Notes under the pieces: generated by a model | Told to the model about the DNA's origin: nothing | Database searches by the model: none | What the model saw: the letters and a program-made list of their open reading frames with translations, nothing else | Made by a program: the position numbers and the translations under genes | Shown: piece after piece, positions 37,080 to 48,907 of the stretch | Numbering within the stretch: position 1 is the first letter of the stretch | Layout: each line of letters begins with the position of its first letter | Source of the DNA: Malacoraja senta | Lineage: Eukaryota | Assembly (NCBI GenBank): GCA_038087875.1 | Contig: CM075979.1 | Span: forward strand, 45,694,001-45,758,000 | Direction: 5' to 3' | DNA: 64,000 bases

Positions 37080-38091
37080 GTAATGCTTTTGCTGAAACAT
37101 AGAACATAGAACAATACAGCACAGGAACAGGCCCTTCAGCCCACAATGTCTGTGCTGAACATGATGCCGACCATCACTTATCTACCTGCACATAACCCAT
37201 ATCCCTCCATTCCCAGCAAATCCATGTTTCTATCCAAAAGCCTCTTAAACGCCAGTCCCTCACCGCCCCTGGCAGTATGTTCCGGACATTCACTTCCTTC
37301 TGTGTAAAAAATAACTTGTTCCACACATCTCCATTAATCTTTGCATTTCTCACCTTAAGCTATGGCCTCTAGTGTTTGATTTCTCCATTCTGGGAAAAAG
37401 ATTCCTACAATCTTCCTGTTCATACCTCTCATAATTATACATACCTTGCTACACAATCTCCAGCAATCCAGAAATAAACAATCCAAGTCTGTCCAACCAC
37501 TCCCTGTAGCTAATACCCTCAAATCCAAGCATCATTCTGGCAAACCTCTTCTGCACCCTTCACACCATTCCTGCCATGGGTCGACCAGAACTGCACACAA
37601 GACTCCAAATGGGGCCTGACCAAAGTCATGTAAAGCTGCATCATGACTTCCTGACTCTTGTACTCAATGCCCCATGGAATCATTGAAATATGAATGTGAT
37701 TTGATTGCCTGTCGTGGATTGTACGTTTAACTGATGGGCCTGTTTCCGCGCTGTATCTCTGAAGTTTAAAGTTCAAAGATAATCTCTCCAACACTGAAAT
37801 AATGCAGTGATGACAAAGATAATTAATACAAGCGTTATATTTGCTTATTTAAAAAGTTAGCATTTTAAATACAGGATTTCTCATCGCAGCAAGCAGATGA
37901 TAGGACTTATCCTGCTTAAATTAGAATGTAAAACTTAAAACAGTACAGCATAGGAACAGGCCCTTTGGCCCACTATGTCCGTGCTAGACATAGTTCCGAC
38001 ATGAATTCTGTGAATCATATGTACAATAATTTTGACGCTGTTTATATTTGCTTGTTTCCATTTCTAAGCTCTTTCCTTTGTGTTAATTCAG

Positions 38092-38231
38092 CATCAAATC
38101 CAACGGGAATACAAGTGGAAGCAAAAGACAGCAAAGCAGAAAATAATTTTAAATCACAGTATCAGGAAGAGAAAGGGGAAAAAGAATCGGAAAATGACTT
38201 TTACACTGAGAAAAAAGAAGAAAATAATTGA
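38092..38231 (+). CDS. NCR3LG1: Terminal coding exon, acidic/lysine-rich tail (ASNPTGIQVEAK...ENDFYTEKKEENN*)
   Basis: Acceptor ctttgtgttaattcag|CA is phase 1 and in frame with upstream exons; open to TGA 38229-38231; conserved in the paralogous segment at 1248. Confidence 0.7.
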
Positions 38232-40155
38232 CAGCTTTAAACAAAGCTTCAGACAAAGGCAAAGACACCACAGGAACAAATGGTGTAAATTATAACATGG
38301 GGTTGCCAGCACGGTGGAGACACCAGGAACTGCAGATGCAGGAACATTGAGCAAAACACAAAGTACTGGAGGAACTCAGTGGGTCAGGCAGCATCCGTGG
38401 AGGGAACATCCAGGGTCCCGACCCCAAACGTAATCAGTCCATTCCCTCCACAGGGAACTGATCCGCTGAGTTCCTCCAGCACTTTGTAATTAACATGTAT
38501 GGTGGATCTGGTGGCGCTATGCTGGCTTAGAACACCCGCTAATCACCTCCGCACCGTCAAATGCCAAAAACCTATTGAAAATTTAAACCGGGCAGACCTA
38601 AAAATACTCACCAGCAGACGTTCAGCCTCGCGTAAGTGACGTCATCAGAACTCGACCCCGGTACTTTTAAAATGCCCGTTAGGCGTTTGCCTAAACACCC
38701 GCGGAAACATCAACTACAGGTTACAGAAGTTACTGAAGGCCACGAAGAAGCCTCGACCTCGACTATGGCACACCCCCGAGAGGAAGCAGCAAGGTAACCT
38801 CCGGGTTTGGTGGAGGAGATCCGTTCAACACTGTGTCATGAACCTTCGGCTGTGAAGGCAGAAATCTGTGGGAAGATTGACAAGATTGATGCCCGTATAG
38901 AGGAGGTGAATGCCGATTTGAAAGGGGTAATCGACAGGCTTGAAACTGATATCAGCCGTAAGTTGGAACCTATTCTTGCTACTTCACAAAAACAAAGCGA
39001 GGCTATCCGGGAATTGGAAACAACTGCGGCTTTAAATGACGAGACAACACACAGGCTGACGGCTGAAGTGGAACGTATCTCCGGGTTACTAGCTAAAGTA
39101 ACAGAAAATGTCTAGATTTGGAAGGGCGCTCTAAATGTCAGAACCTAAGGATTGTTGGAGTGAAAGAAGGCAAAGAACTTGGTCAAAATCTTCGAGATTT
39201 TACAGCTCAACTACTTCAAGACGTACTCTCTTTGGATGAAAAACCTAAACTTGACGGGGCTCACAGAGCTCTGAGAGTCAGGTCAGACATCACAGCCCCA
39301 CCAAGACATTTGATTCTGAGGGTGCACCACTGTCATGTTCTAGAGGATATTCTGCAGAAAGTTGCCAGCAACAGAAACCTAACTTTTCAAGGTGAAAACA
39401 TACGAATCTTCAGAGACTTTCTTGCCGAAGTCGTTAAGAAAAGAGCACTCTTCTCCAAGTCAAGAGCTATTCTGAGGGACATACCTGATCTCCGATTTGG
39501 CCTAATTGCGAGTTACTTATAAAGGGGTTGAATCCTTCTTTACTGATCCTGATGAAGCATTCAAGTTTGCCCAGGACACTGGGGGATCCGTCAGGGGATA
39601 TGTAATACTTTACTGAGTTTATACTGTGATAATGATCAATACGTTTATACTGTATTTATAATCTATAAGTTGTTATAAATATACAGACTTAGAGTTGGTT
39701 AATACTTCAAAACAGTTTTAATAGAAAGTTAAGTAATAAGTGCCGTATGTTAGTTAAATTTCTCATTATTCAACTCCTTAGTTAGATCCCACTAAGATAC
39801 TTAACTTCTTGGGAATGTTGATTCCCTGACGGATTTAAATGTTTTAAAATATTTTTAAGGATTGTTCTGTTTAGTTTTTATTAACTCCTTAAGGTGCGGA
39901 GTTATCTAATATTATCTATCTTACGGAAGCTTTCATTCACTAGCAGCATCCTTATATGCTGTAATTTTTGTGATAATATCCTAGTTAATAATGAAATATT
40001 TTATAATTAAAATGGATTAAGTAAAATATTAGCGTGAATATAGCCTGAGTATAACCCAGCTTTTTCTGGGTGCTGAAATAAGCTGAAGTTTGCAGAAATG
40101 TGGGAATCAGGAAATTGGAGGCCAGCTTTCAAACTGCATCCAAGCTGCTTCCTGT

Positions 40156-41066
40156 TTTTTTTTATTTTTTATTTTTTTATTAAATTCTTTATTTCGAACA
40201 GAATAAAAGAATAAAAAGCAAGTGTGAAACAGCATACAAAAAACAAAACAAGAATATTTATAAAGTGTCATAAACAATATCTATAAATAAATGAAATCGT
40301 ATGTGTCCGAAAAGGAGCAGGAAGAAGCCAAAGCTTATTAATTCCCACCCCTTATTCAACTGCTTATAATTATCTTATACAAATTTAGCAGCTATATATG
40401 TACACCATATGTACACCAGCCGCTATATGTACACCAAATTATTTACATTTATACACTAATCAAATATTTACAAAGCCATACAAAAAAAAGAGAAAAAAAG
40501 AAAAAAGAAAAGAAAAAACCCTCATACTATACAGTATCTCTTAGTCATATATACAACCCATCACCCTATAATCACCCTTCTCAATACAATCAGTATAACA
40601 AATATCCCACTCACAATCACCTATCCCAATATCCTTTAAAACATGTGTTTTTGTACATCATCTTAAACTGAATTATGTTTGTGTTAAGTTGTATCTCCTG
40701 TTCCACACCATTCCACAAATTCACCCCACAGATTGCTATGTGCATACTTTTAAGAGTTGTTCTGATATTGAGGTTTTTTTTAATTATGTTCCCCTCTCAA
40801 ATTATACCCACCCTTTCTTTCCATAAACAGTTTTTGTATATTTCTTGGAAGTAAATTATTTCTTGCTTTGTACATGATTTGCGCAGTCTTAAATTTAACC
40901 AGATCGGTGAACTTCAGTATATGAGACTTTAAGAATAATAAATTGGTATGTTCAAGATATCCAACGTTATTGATAATTCTTATTGCTCTTTTTTGTAATG
41001 TGCATAACGGCTGTAGGTTGGTTTTGTAGGTGTTACCCCATATCTCCACACAGTAACTCAGATATC
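40156..41066 (-). mobile_element. 5'-truncated L2/Crack-like LINE nested in the L1
   Basis: Minus ORF YLSYCVEIWGNTYKTNLQPLCTLQKRAIRII; poly-T tail at about 40156-40190; short CTGTT duplication at both ends. Confidence 0.7.
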
Positions 41067-44000
41067 TGTTGTGCCCAAGCAAAATAAAAGAGCACTCTTC
41101 TCCAAGTCAAGAGCTATTCTGAGGGACATACCTGATCTCCGATTTGGCCTAATTGCGGGTTACTTATAAAGGGGTTGAATCCTTCTTTACTGATCCTGAT
41201 GAAGCATTCAAGTTTGCCCAGGACACTGGGGGATCCGTCAGGGGATATGTAATACTTTACTGAGTTTATACTGTGATAATGATCAATGCGTTTATACTGT
41301 ATTTATAATCTATAAGTTGTTATAAATATACAGACTTAGAGTTGGTTAATACTTCAAAACAGTATTAATAGAAAGTTAAGTAATAAGTGCCGTATGTTAG
41401 TTAAATTTCTCATTATTCAACTACTTAGTTAGATCCCACTAAGATACTTAACTTCTTGGGAATGTTGATTCCCTGACGGATTTAAATATTTTTAAGGTTT
41501 GTTCTGTTTAGTTTTTATTAACTCCTTAAGGTGCGGAGTTATCTAATATTATCTATCTTACGGAAGCTTTCATTAACTTAACCACCGTTGGGTAGTATTC
41601 ACTAGCAGCATCCTTATATGCTGTAATTTTTGTGATAATATCCTAGTTAATAATGAAATATTTTATAATTAAAATGGATTAAGTAAAATATTAGCTTGAG
41701 TATAGCCTGAGTTTAACCCAGCTTTTTCTGGGTGCTGAAATAAGCTGAAGTTTGCAGAAATGTGGGAATCAGGAAATTGGAGGCCAGCTTTCAAACTGCT
41801 TCCTGTTGTGCCCAACCAAAAGATATTGACAATGGTGAGAGGGGATGTACTTCCTGAGAAGGTTCTGGCTTCTGTAAACAGAAGCCTTAAGAGAGGATAA
41901 GCTTTCTGAAACGTTGGAAGTTTCTGTATACTGAAACTTCTGTGGGCAATTGATAAGGATCCTTACATTGTTTAAGAAGGTACTGCAGATGATAGACCTT
42001 TGACTAACTTCCTGTTATTTGGGGGTTTCGTAACTAAAGTTTGTGATCAATATAACCATAGCAGGAGAAGTATTGTATCAGTGACAAGCATGCTTTGAAT
42101 GGGTAGAGCTGTAATTGATATGTTAGACGTCATTGCTGCAACTCTGTATAAACATGTGACTATGTTTCCAAAATACTATAAAAGATGCTGTATGTCTTCA
42201 TTCATTAGAGTGATGGCCTAGGAGGAGTTAAGTATCTGCTGTATACTTGACTTTGTATCTCCTAACACTCTCGCTGGCTAAATGATCATTAAAGCTTGTA
42301 TTGGTTTTAAATAACTTATTGTAAGTTGTCTGTTTTAAGAAAATGAACCTTAACATTTGTTGTTTCTCTTTTTCACTTTCTAATTTCTTTACTAAATATC
42401 TCATCTATCTTTACTAATGCACATTTTCCTTGGAGATATCTCTGGGGGATAGGGGAAATGGGGATAGGGCTCACCCACCCAGCATTTAAAGGAAATATTT
42501 CAAATAATGTGTTGGACCATTTAAATCAAAAGAGACCATGTAAGCTTTAAAATGCAAGATGATGTCGCTAGGAAAATAGGAGGAATCACATTTTGTAGTT
42601 GGAACGTTAGGGGCGTTAATTAGCCAATTAAAATGGGTAAATTATTAGCCCATTTGAAATCTATTAATACTGATATAATATTTCTTCAGGAGACGCATCT
42701 CAAAAATGGAGCTCACAACAGGCTGAAGGGTAGGTGGATTGGACAATTATATCATTCTACGTTTTCTTCCAAAGCAAGAGGAACAGCAATTCTAATTCGT
42801 AAAGGGATACCATTCAAACATAAATCCTCTATAGCTGATAAGGAAGGCAGGTACATTATAATATCAGGGGAATTGTATTCAACTCCATTGCACATGGTGA
42901 AAATTTATGCTCCTAACTTTGATAATCCCCTATTTTTTAACAAAATATTGAATACAATTTCAGACTCTGGTCAGCATAATCTGATAATTGGGGGAGATTT
43001 AAATTGTGTATTAGATCAATATTTGGATAAATCTTCACTTCAAAGGAAAAGTACATCAAAATCTAGTGACCTTTTAAACACCTTTATAAACAACACAAAC
43101 ATAAGAGACGTATGGAGGATTGCCAATCCGTCTGGAAGAGAATACTCTTTTTATTCAGGCGTTCATAAAGTTTACACACAAATTGACTATTTCTTGGTTG
43201 ACACCAAACTTATCCCTTTTACCTACAACCCAAAATATCACAACATTATTATTTCGGATCACTGTCCTCTTACTTTTTCAGTAAAATTGGAAGGAATGTA
43301 TAATAAACAACCGTTTTGGAGATTTATCCCACAAATACCAGCTGAGGCAAGTTGTTGTGACTATCTGAAGCTACAGATGAAAACATTTTTTGAGACAAAC
43401 GACACCCCCGGTATTTCTCCATCTTTGCTGTGGGAAACTTTTAAAGCCTATGTCAGAGGCTGTATTATCGCATACCAAGCTTTTCAAAATAAGAAAAATA
43501 AGACTGGACAATTGGAATTAGAAAAATAGATAAAACTGTTAGACCTAGACAATGCGGCTGACCCAACCATTGCAAAACATAATAAGATAGCTGCACTAAA
43601 ATTTAAATTAAACCAGATTCTCTCAGCAAATATTAGGGTATTTCAATATAATAAACAGAAACATTTTGGATTTGATGATAAACCACACAAGCTACTAGCA
43701 CGTCAACTTAGCAAATTAGAGAATGACCATACTATACACAGAAATAGATCAGAAAAAGGAGATTTGCTTACATTGCCTAAAGATATCAATGAAAGATTCT
43801 TACAATTTTACCAAACTCTATATTCATCAAAAACAACAGTCGATTCTGCAAAGATGAAAAGCTTTCTTGAGAATTGTAATCTCCCATCTCTTAATGAGGG
43901 GGAACGGGATGAATTAGGCGCAGAGATAACAACAAAAGACATTGTAGAGACTATTAAATCATTGAAAAGTGGAAAAACTCCTGGCCCGGATGGGCTTAAT

Positions 44001-45132
44001 AACAAATTTTATAAAAAATTTAATGATTTAATTTCTCCACGCTTACAAGCCCTTTACATTCAAGCATTTAAAGAACAAACTTTACCACAAACTCTTGCTG
44101 AATCAACTATTACATTAATTCCAAAAAAAGATAAAAAATCTCGAGGAGCCTGGATCCTATAGGGCAATAGCCCTTTTAAATACGGATCAGAAGATACTAG
44201 CTAAGACTTTGGCTCGTAGATTAAGCCTAGTTATCGGTAAATTAATACATCCAGATCAAACTGGGTTTATACCTAAACGACACTAGTTTTATAATTTGAG
44301 ACGTTTGTTTAACATAATATATTCGCAGAGAATGCCAAACGAAGATCTAACAATTATTTCTCTAGATGCAGAAAAGGCTTTCGACCAAGTGGAATGGTCT
44401 TATCTTTTCACAGTGTTGGAAAAATTCCAATTGGGAGAAAACATTACTTTATGGGTGAAGCTTTTATACACTAATCCGACAGTTAGAATACTGACAAATC
44501 AAATGCTTTCACCCACATTTTATCGATCTAGGGGTAACAGACAAGGATGTGCTCTTTCTCCAATGTTATTTCCTTTAGCCATAGAACCCCTTGCCGAGAG
44601 TATCAGGTCCCATTCAGGCATTTATGGATATAATACCAAATATACCTCCAATAAAATCTTGTTATATGCAGATGATGTACTTTTATACATTACTAATCCA
44701 CAAGTTAGTATTCCAAATGTTTTAAACATAGAACAATTTGGTTCTTTTTCTAGATACAGAATAAATTGGAACAAAAGTGAAATCATGCCAATAAAAGAAC
44801 AAGACCCTTCTCAACTCCAACAATTTCCTTTCAGAATCATTACTGAAAAGTTCAGATATCTTGGAATTTACGTGACTAGATAGTATTCCTCTTTGTTTAA
44901 AATAAACTTCCCACCATTAATCACTAAATTGTATGTCTACATCCAATTTGGAAAACACTTTCTATCTCCCTTAGCGGTAGATTAAATGCCATAAAGATGA
45001 TCTTCCTTCCGCAACTTTTATACTTATTCCAATTAATACCGATATATCTCCCTAAAAGCTTTTTTTTTTTTTTAATTGACTATTGTCACTAACTTTATTT
45101 GGGACTACAAAACCCACAGAATACACAAAAGA

Positions 45133-45276
45133 TTTAAAGAAGGAACTGCAGATGCTGGAAAATCGAAGGTACACAAACATGCTGGAGAAACTCAGCGGGT
45201 GCAGCAGCATCTATGGAGCGAAGGAGATAGGCAACGTTTCAGGCCGAAACCCTTCTTCAGACTGAGAGGGGGTCCT
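45133..45276 (-). mobile_element. 144-bp Penelope-terminus-derived unit inserted in L1 ORF2
   Basis: 13-bp target duplication AATACACAAAAGA (45120-45132, 45277-45289); minus strand carries CTGAAGAAGGGTTTCGGCCTGAAACGTTG. Confidence 0.75.
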
Positions 45277-46903
45277 AATACACAAAAGACATTTGTGCAA
45301 ATCCAAAGAAAATGGAGGTTTAGCTTTACCTAATTTTCTTTTTTATTACTGGGCAACCTATATTAAAAATAGAACGTGCTGGTTGGACGATACATGTCAA
45401 CATGTAAATTGGTTAAAAATGGAGAGGGAAGATTGTTTGCCTTTTTGTATAGGCTCGATCTTCCTATCTCCAATACATTTGAATAAGTCAACGTATGAGC
45501 AAAATCCGATAATACATAGTACTATCCGTATCTGGAAACAGCTGAAATTCAGTCTTAAATTGAGAAATATGTCTCTCCATCCTATTGCAAATAATCCCTC
45601 GTTTAAACCGTCTACTTTAGATGTGGTGTTTGTTCAATGAACCTGGGAATCAATACTGTGGGAGACCTCAATAAGAAGGGGACTCTCTTCTTTTCAACAA
45701 CAACAGGAGTAATATGACTTGAATGGCAATAATTTTTTTAGATACTTTCAAATCTGAGATTACGTGAAAACATATACACAAGACTGTCCTCTTATGGGTC
45801 CAGATATATTAGACGATTGTTTGAATAGACATGCTGATTCAAGTAAGTTGATATCTTACATTTATAAGACTCTTCTAAATATTGACACTCCACCCTCTGA
45901 GATTTATAGGCGAGCATGGGAGAACGAGCTGGGTTCACCCATTTCGAAAGATATATTGGAGGAAAGCCTACAATGCATACACTACTGTTCTTTAAATGCC
46001 AGGCATTGCCTGATACAATTTAAAGTATTACATAGGTTATACTACTCAAAGACCAAACTGAACAAGATCTCCCCAACTCTCTGTGATAAATGTCACTTTC
46101 AAGAAGCCACCATAACTCCTTCTTTTGTATCCTGTATAAAAATACAAAACTTCTGGATGGAAATATTCAATATCATTTCTAAAACACTTAAAATTCAATT
46201 GGACCCAGATTCAAAACTAATAATATTAGGAATGTTAAAGGGCTGCCCTAATCTAAAGATGCTTCCTTGACTATGGTTTAATAACGGCGAAAAAAATTAT
46301 ACTTAAATTCTGGAAAAAGATAACATTCCCCACAGTGAAGATGTGGATCACAGAAATGATCGAGACACCACATCTAGAAAAAATAAGGTTTGTCTTGACT
46401 GACAAACCAGATGAATTTTCCAAAATATGGTCTCCTTTTATTGAAGTTCTTCAACAACATAATGGTTGAACACAAACTCAAAGCTGATGCTAGGGTCATG
46501 TGAGCGGTCGTATGGAAGGGCAGTGGGATATATCTCCGTTTCTTTCACTTCTTCGTTAGTTCTGGGGGTTTTCTTTTTTCTTTTTCGTGTCTCTCGAAAT
46601 TCTTTCTTTTCTTTTTCTTTTCTTTCTTTCCCTTTTTCCTTTTTCCTTTATTCCGATTTAGTTATTAGTTTATAAAATGTTAAAATTGAAGCTGTTATAT
46701 CGATTACTTTCTCTTTATACAATTGCTTCTAATAAAATAAATATTTTGAAAAAAGAAAAGTAATGGAGTGCAACTCAATGATGAAAGGCATTATTGTATA
46801 AAGAAATCCTGATCATATGATGATCATTTCTACACTGATAAATTAATAAGTTTTACAAATGAGACAAAGTGACTGCGCAAATGGTCCAACATCTATCTAT
46901 ACA

Positions 46904-48420
46904 CTAGACTAAGTGGGACCCGTTGGGTCCCAGCATCACACGGGAGGGCTGGTCTCCCGATGCAATATTCCACTCCCCACCAATTCCAATATTGGTGGCC
47001 AGTGGAGGGGGGGGGCTTTCTGGAGTGCTAGAATGAGTGTTGTGGACTGAAGGGACTGGTTTCCAGGGCTAGAATGGACATTGTGGGCCGAATGGATTCT
47101 TGGGCTGGTGGCTCAGTTACTCAAGCCTGTTGTGCTGGCAGCTCACTCACAGCTGGTGGGCTGGCAGTTGACTCACGGCTATTCCTTAGAATTCCATTTC
47201 AAGCAGGGTGCAAGGCCACCAAATTCAAGTGCAGTTTCTTACCACTTCAAGCAGGGTGCAAGGCCACCAAATTCAAGTGCAGTTTCATACCATTTCAAGC
47301 AGGGTGCAAGGCCAATAAAGACTGCAAGCCATGACCTCTCCCTGCTCCTTCTTGCAGAGACTGAGCCATGCCCACACTTCTGGGTTTTATTGTCCCTCTC
47401 CCCCCTTCCACCAGAAGAGGCGTGGCCTTAATGGCGTCATTGACAGGATTGAGAATCTCAACATTTTAAAAACGCCAATAACTCTTTTATTTTTCATTGA
47501 TGAGAAGATCCTCAGCACCTGATGAACGGAGGGGGACTCTGAGTAAGATGGCCAAAAATCACAGCCGTACGTGGCAGCGTTTTTTCTAAAATCAATATAA
47601 AGCACAAACAGGAAGAGGTCAAGATTAGACTTTTAATTATATAGAAGGCAAGGCAACTTTAATTAGGCAAGGCAACTTTAATTAGGGAAGGCAACTTTAA
47701 TTAGGGAAGGCAACTTTAATTAGGCAAGGCAACTTTAATTAGGGAAGGCAACTTTAATTAGGCAAGGCAACTTTAATTAGGCAAGGCAACTTCAATTAGG
47801 CAAGGCAACTTTAATTAGGGAAGGCAACTTTAATTAGGCAAGGCAACTTTAATTAGGCAAGGCAACTTTAATTAGGCAAGGCAACTTTAATTAGGCAAGG
47901 CAACTTTAATTAGGCAACACAGCTTTAGCATTTCCAAACCAAAGGCAACACAGCTTTAACATTTCCAAACCAAGAGCAACACAGCTTTAGCATTTCCAAA
48001 CATAACGCAACACAGCTTTAGCATTTCCAAACCATATTTTCAAACCACATTAAGGGCACTGACAGGTCGGTAAAACCACTCAGTTTAGTAGACATGTGTT
48101 CGGTGTTATTCACAGCTCAGACTGAGAGACGTGACCCTCTCGCTCCCCCATCTTGCAAAGACTGACTGAGGCACTCAACATTTCCAGGTTTTATAGTCCC
48201 TCCGGAAGAGGTGTGGCCTTCAGGAGAGAGAATCTCAGAAAATTTTAAACACTAATAACTCTTTTATTTTTCATCGATGGGAAAAATCCTCTTGTTCTGC
48301 GCAGTGAAGGGGGACTCTGAGTAAGATGGCCAAAAATCACAGCCGTAAGTGGCAGCGTTTTTTCTAAAATCAATATACAGAACAACAGGAAGTGGTCAAG
48401 ATCAGACTTTTAGTAATATC
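46904..48420 (-). mobile_element. Minus-strand Helitron-like element with duplicated 5' module
   Basis: CTAG at 46904-46907 with hairpin GGGACCC-gtt-GGGTCCC (46915-46931); 5'-like TCTATATAATTAAAAG (minus) at about 47644 and a related copy at about 48420. Confidence 0.6.
47646..47911. repeat. 19-bp minisatellite, 14 copies (AGG(C/G)AAGGCAACTTTAATT)
   Basis: Head-to-tail units with no spacers, followed by three ~33-bp CAACACAGCTTTA(G/A)CATTTCCAAAC units. Confidence 0.92.
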
Positions 48421-48435
48421 TATATCTATCTATCT

Positions 48436-48907
48436 TCTATATACTTTTAAAACTCTCTGGCTGTCGTCCGTCTGTACGTCCGACGGCCTGCTTGACTTTG
48501 CCGCGCGGCCTTTGATACGGCCCCTGGCCCACACGGCGCGCGGAAAGGCCCACGTTTTTCGCCATTTCCAAAGAGATGACATTTATCTTTACGAATAGCC
48601 ACTCCTGATTAAATTCGGTCCTGTTTATGTACACGTTTTTTAATAAAATCCATCCCCCCCCAACCCCAATGTGATTTTCTCCGATTGTCTCCGATTTTCT
48701 CCGAAAACGACGCCATCTTTTTTTCGCCGATTTTCTCTGAAAACGACGCCATCTTTTTTTCGCCGATTTTCTCCGATTTTTTCAGAAAACGACGCCATCT
48801 TTTTTCAGCAGATATTCACCCCGGGGTCTGAAGCATGTTCGGGAACAACACCCCGGGGTGTCAAGCACTTTCGGGGACCAGACCCAACGGGTCTGCACTT
48901 GGTCTAG
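48436..48907 (+). mobile_element. Helitron-like element at the site paralogous to 1807-2444
   Basis: TCTATATACTTT start, hairpin CAGACCC-aac-GGGTCTG (48879-48895), CTAG|T at 48904-48908. Confidence 0.65.

Larger units (their letters stand above)
6033..38231 (+). other. NCR3LG1: Multi-exon B7-H6/NCR3LG1-like gene (middle copy of a tandem array): SP-V-C1-TM-C1*-C1-tail, 617 aa predicted without the mini-exon
   Basis: Seven exons (130+339+321+114+432+378+140 = 1854 nt) join in frame through AG/GT sites, all introns phase 1, with no internal stop. V and C1 motifs match B7-H6. The exon 1 to V link spans N gaps (6166-6340, 8937-9136). Confidence 0.8.
38509..46754 (+). mobile_element. Near full-length, decayed L1-clade LINE
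   Basis: ORF1 coiled coil plus EGRSK.QNLRIVGV (38807-39522); ORF2 WNVRG, FLQETH, GGDLN, SDH, LDAEKAFD, YADDVL (about 42580-46440) with many stops; AATAAA 46731 and A-rich tail; absent from paralogue copy A. Confidence 0.92.

Noticed and set aside
38080-38295. ORF-track peptides MLIQHQIQREY... (also 1236-1451) and the antisense ORFs
   Set aside because: Wrong frame or strand; the splice-compatible frame is ASNPTGIQVE.
39441-41805. A 700-bp target-site duplication made by the nested LINE
   Set aside because: The first copy continues (gtgcccaa) after the insert, so it is a tandem duplication plus an insertion with a short CTGTT duplication.
47646-47911. CRISPR-like array
   Set aside because: Units are contiguous 19-mers with no unique spacers, the DNA is eukaryotic and no cas genes are present; it is a minisatellite.
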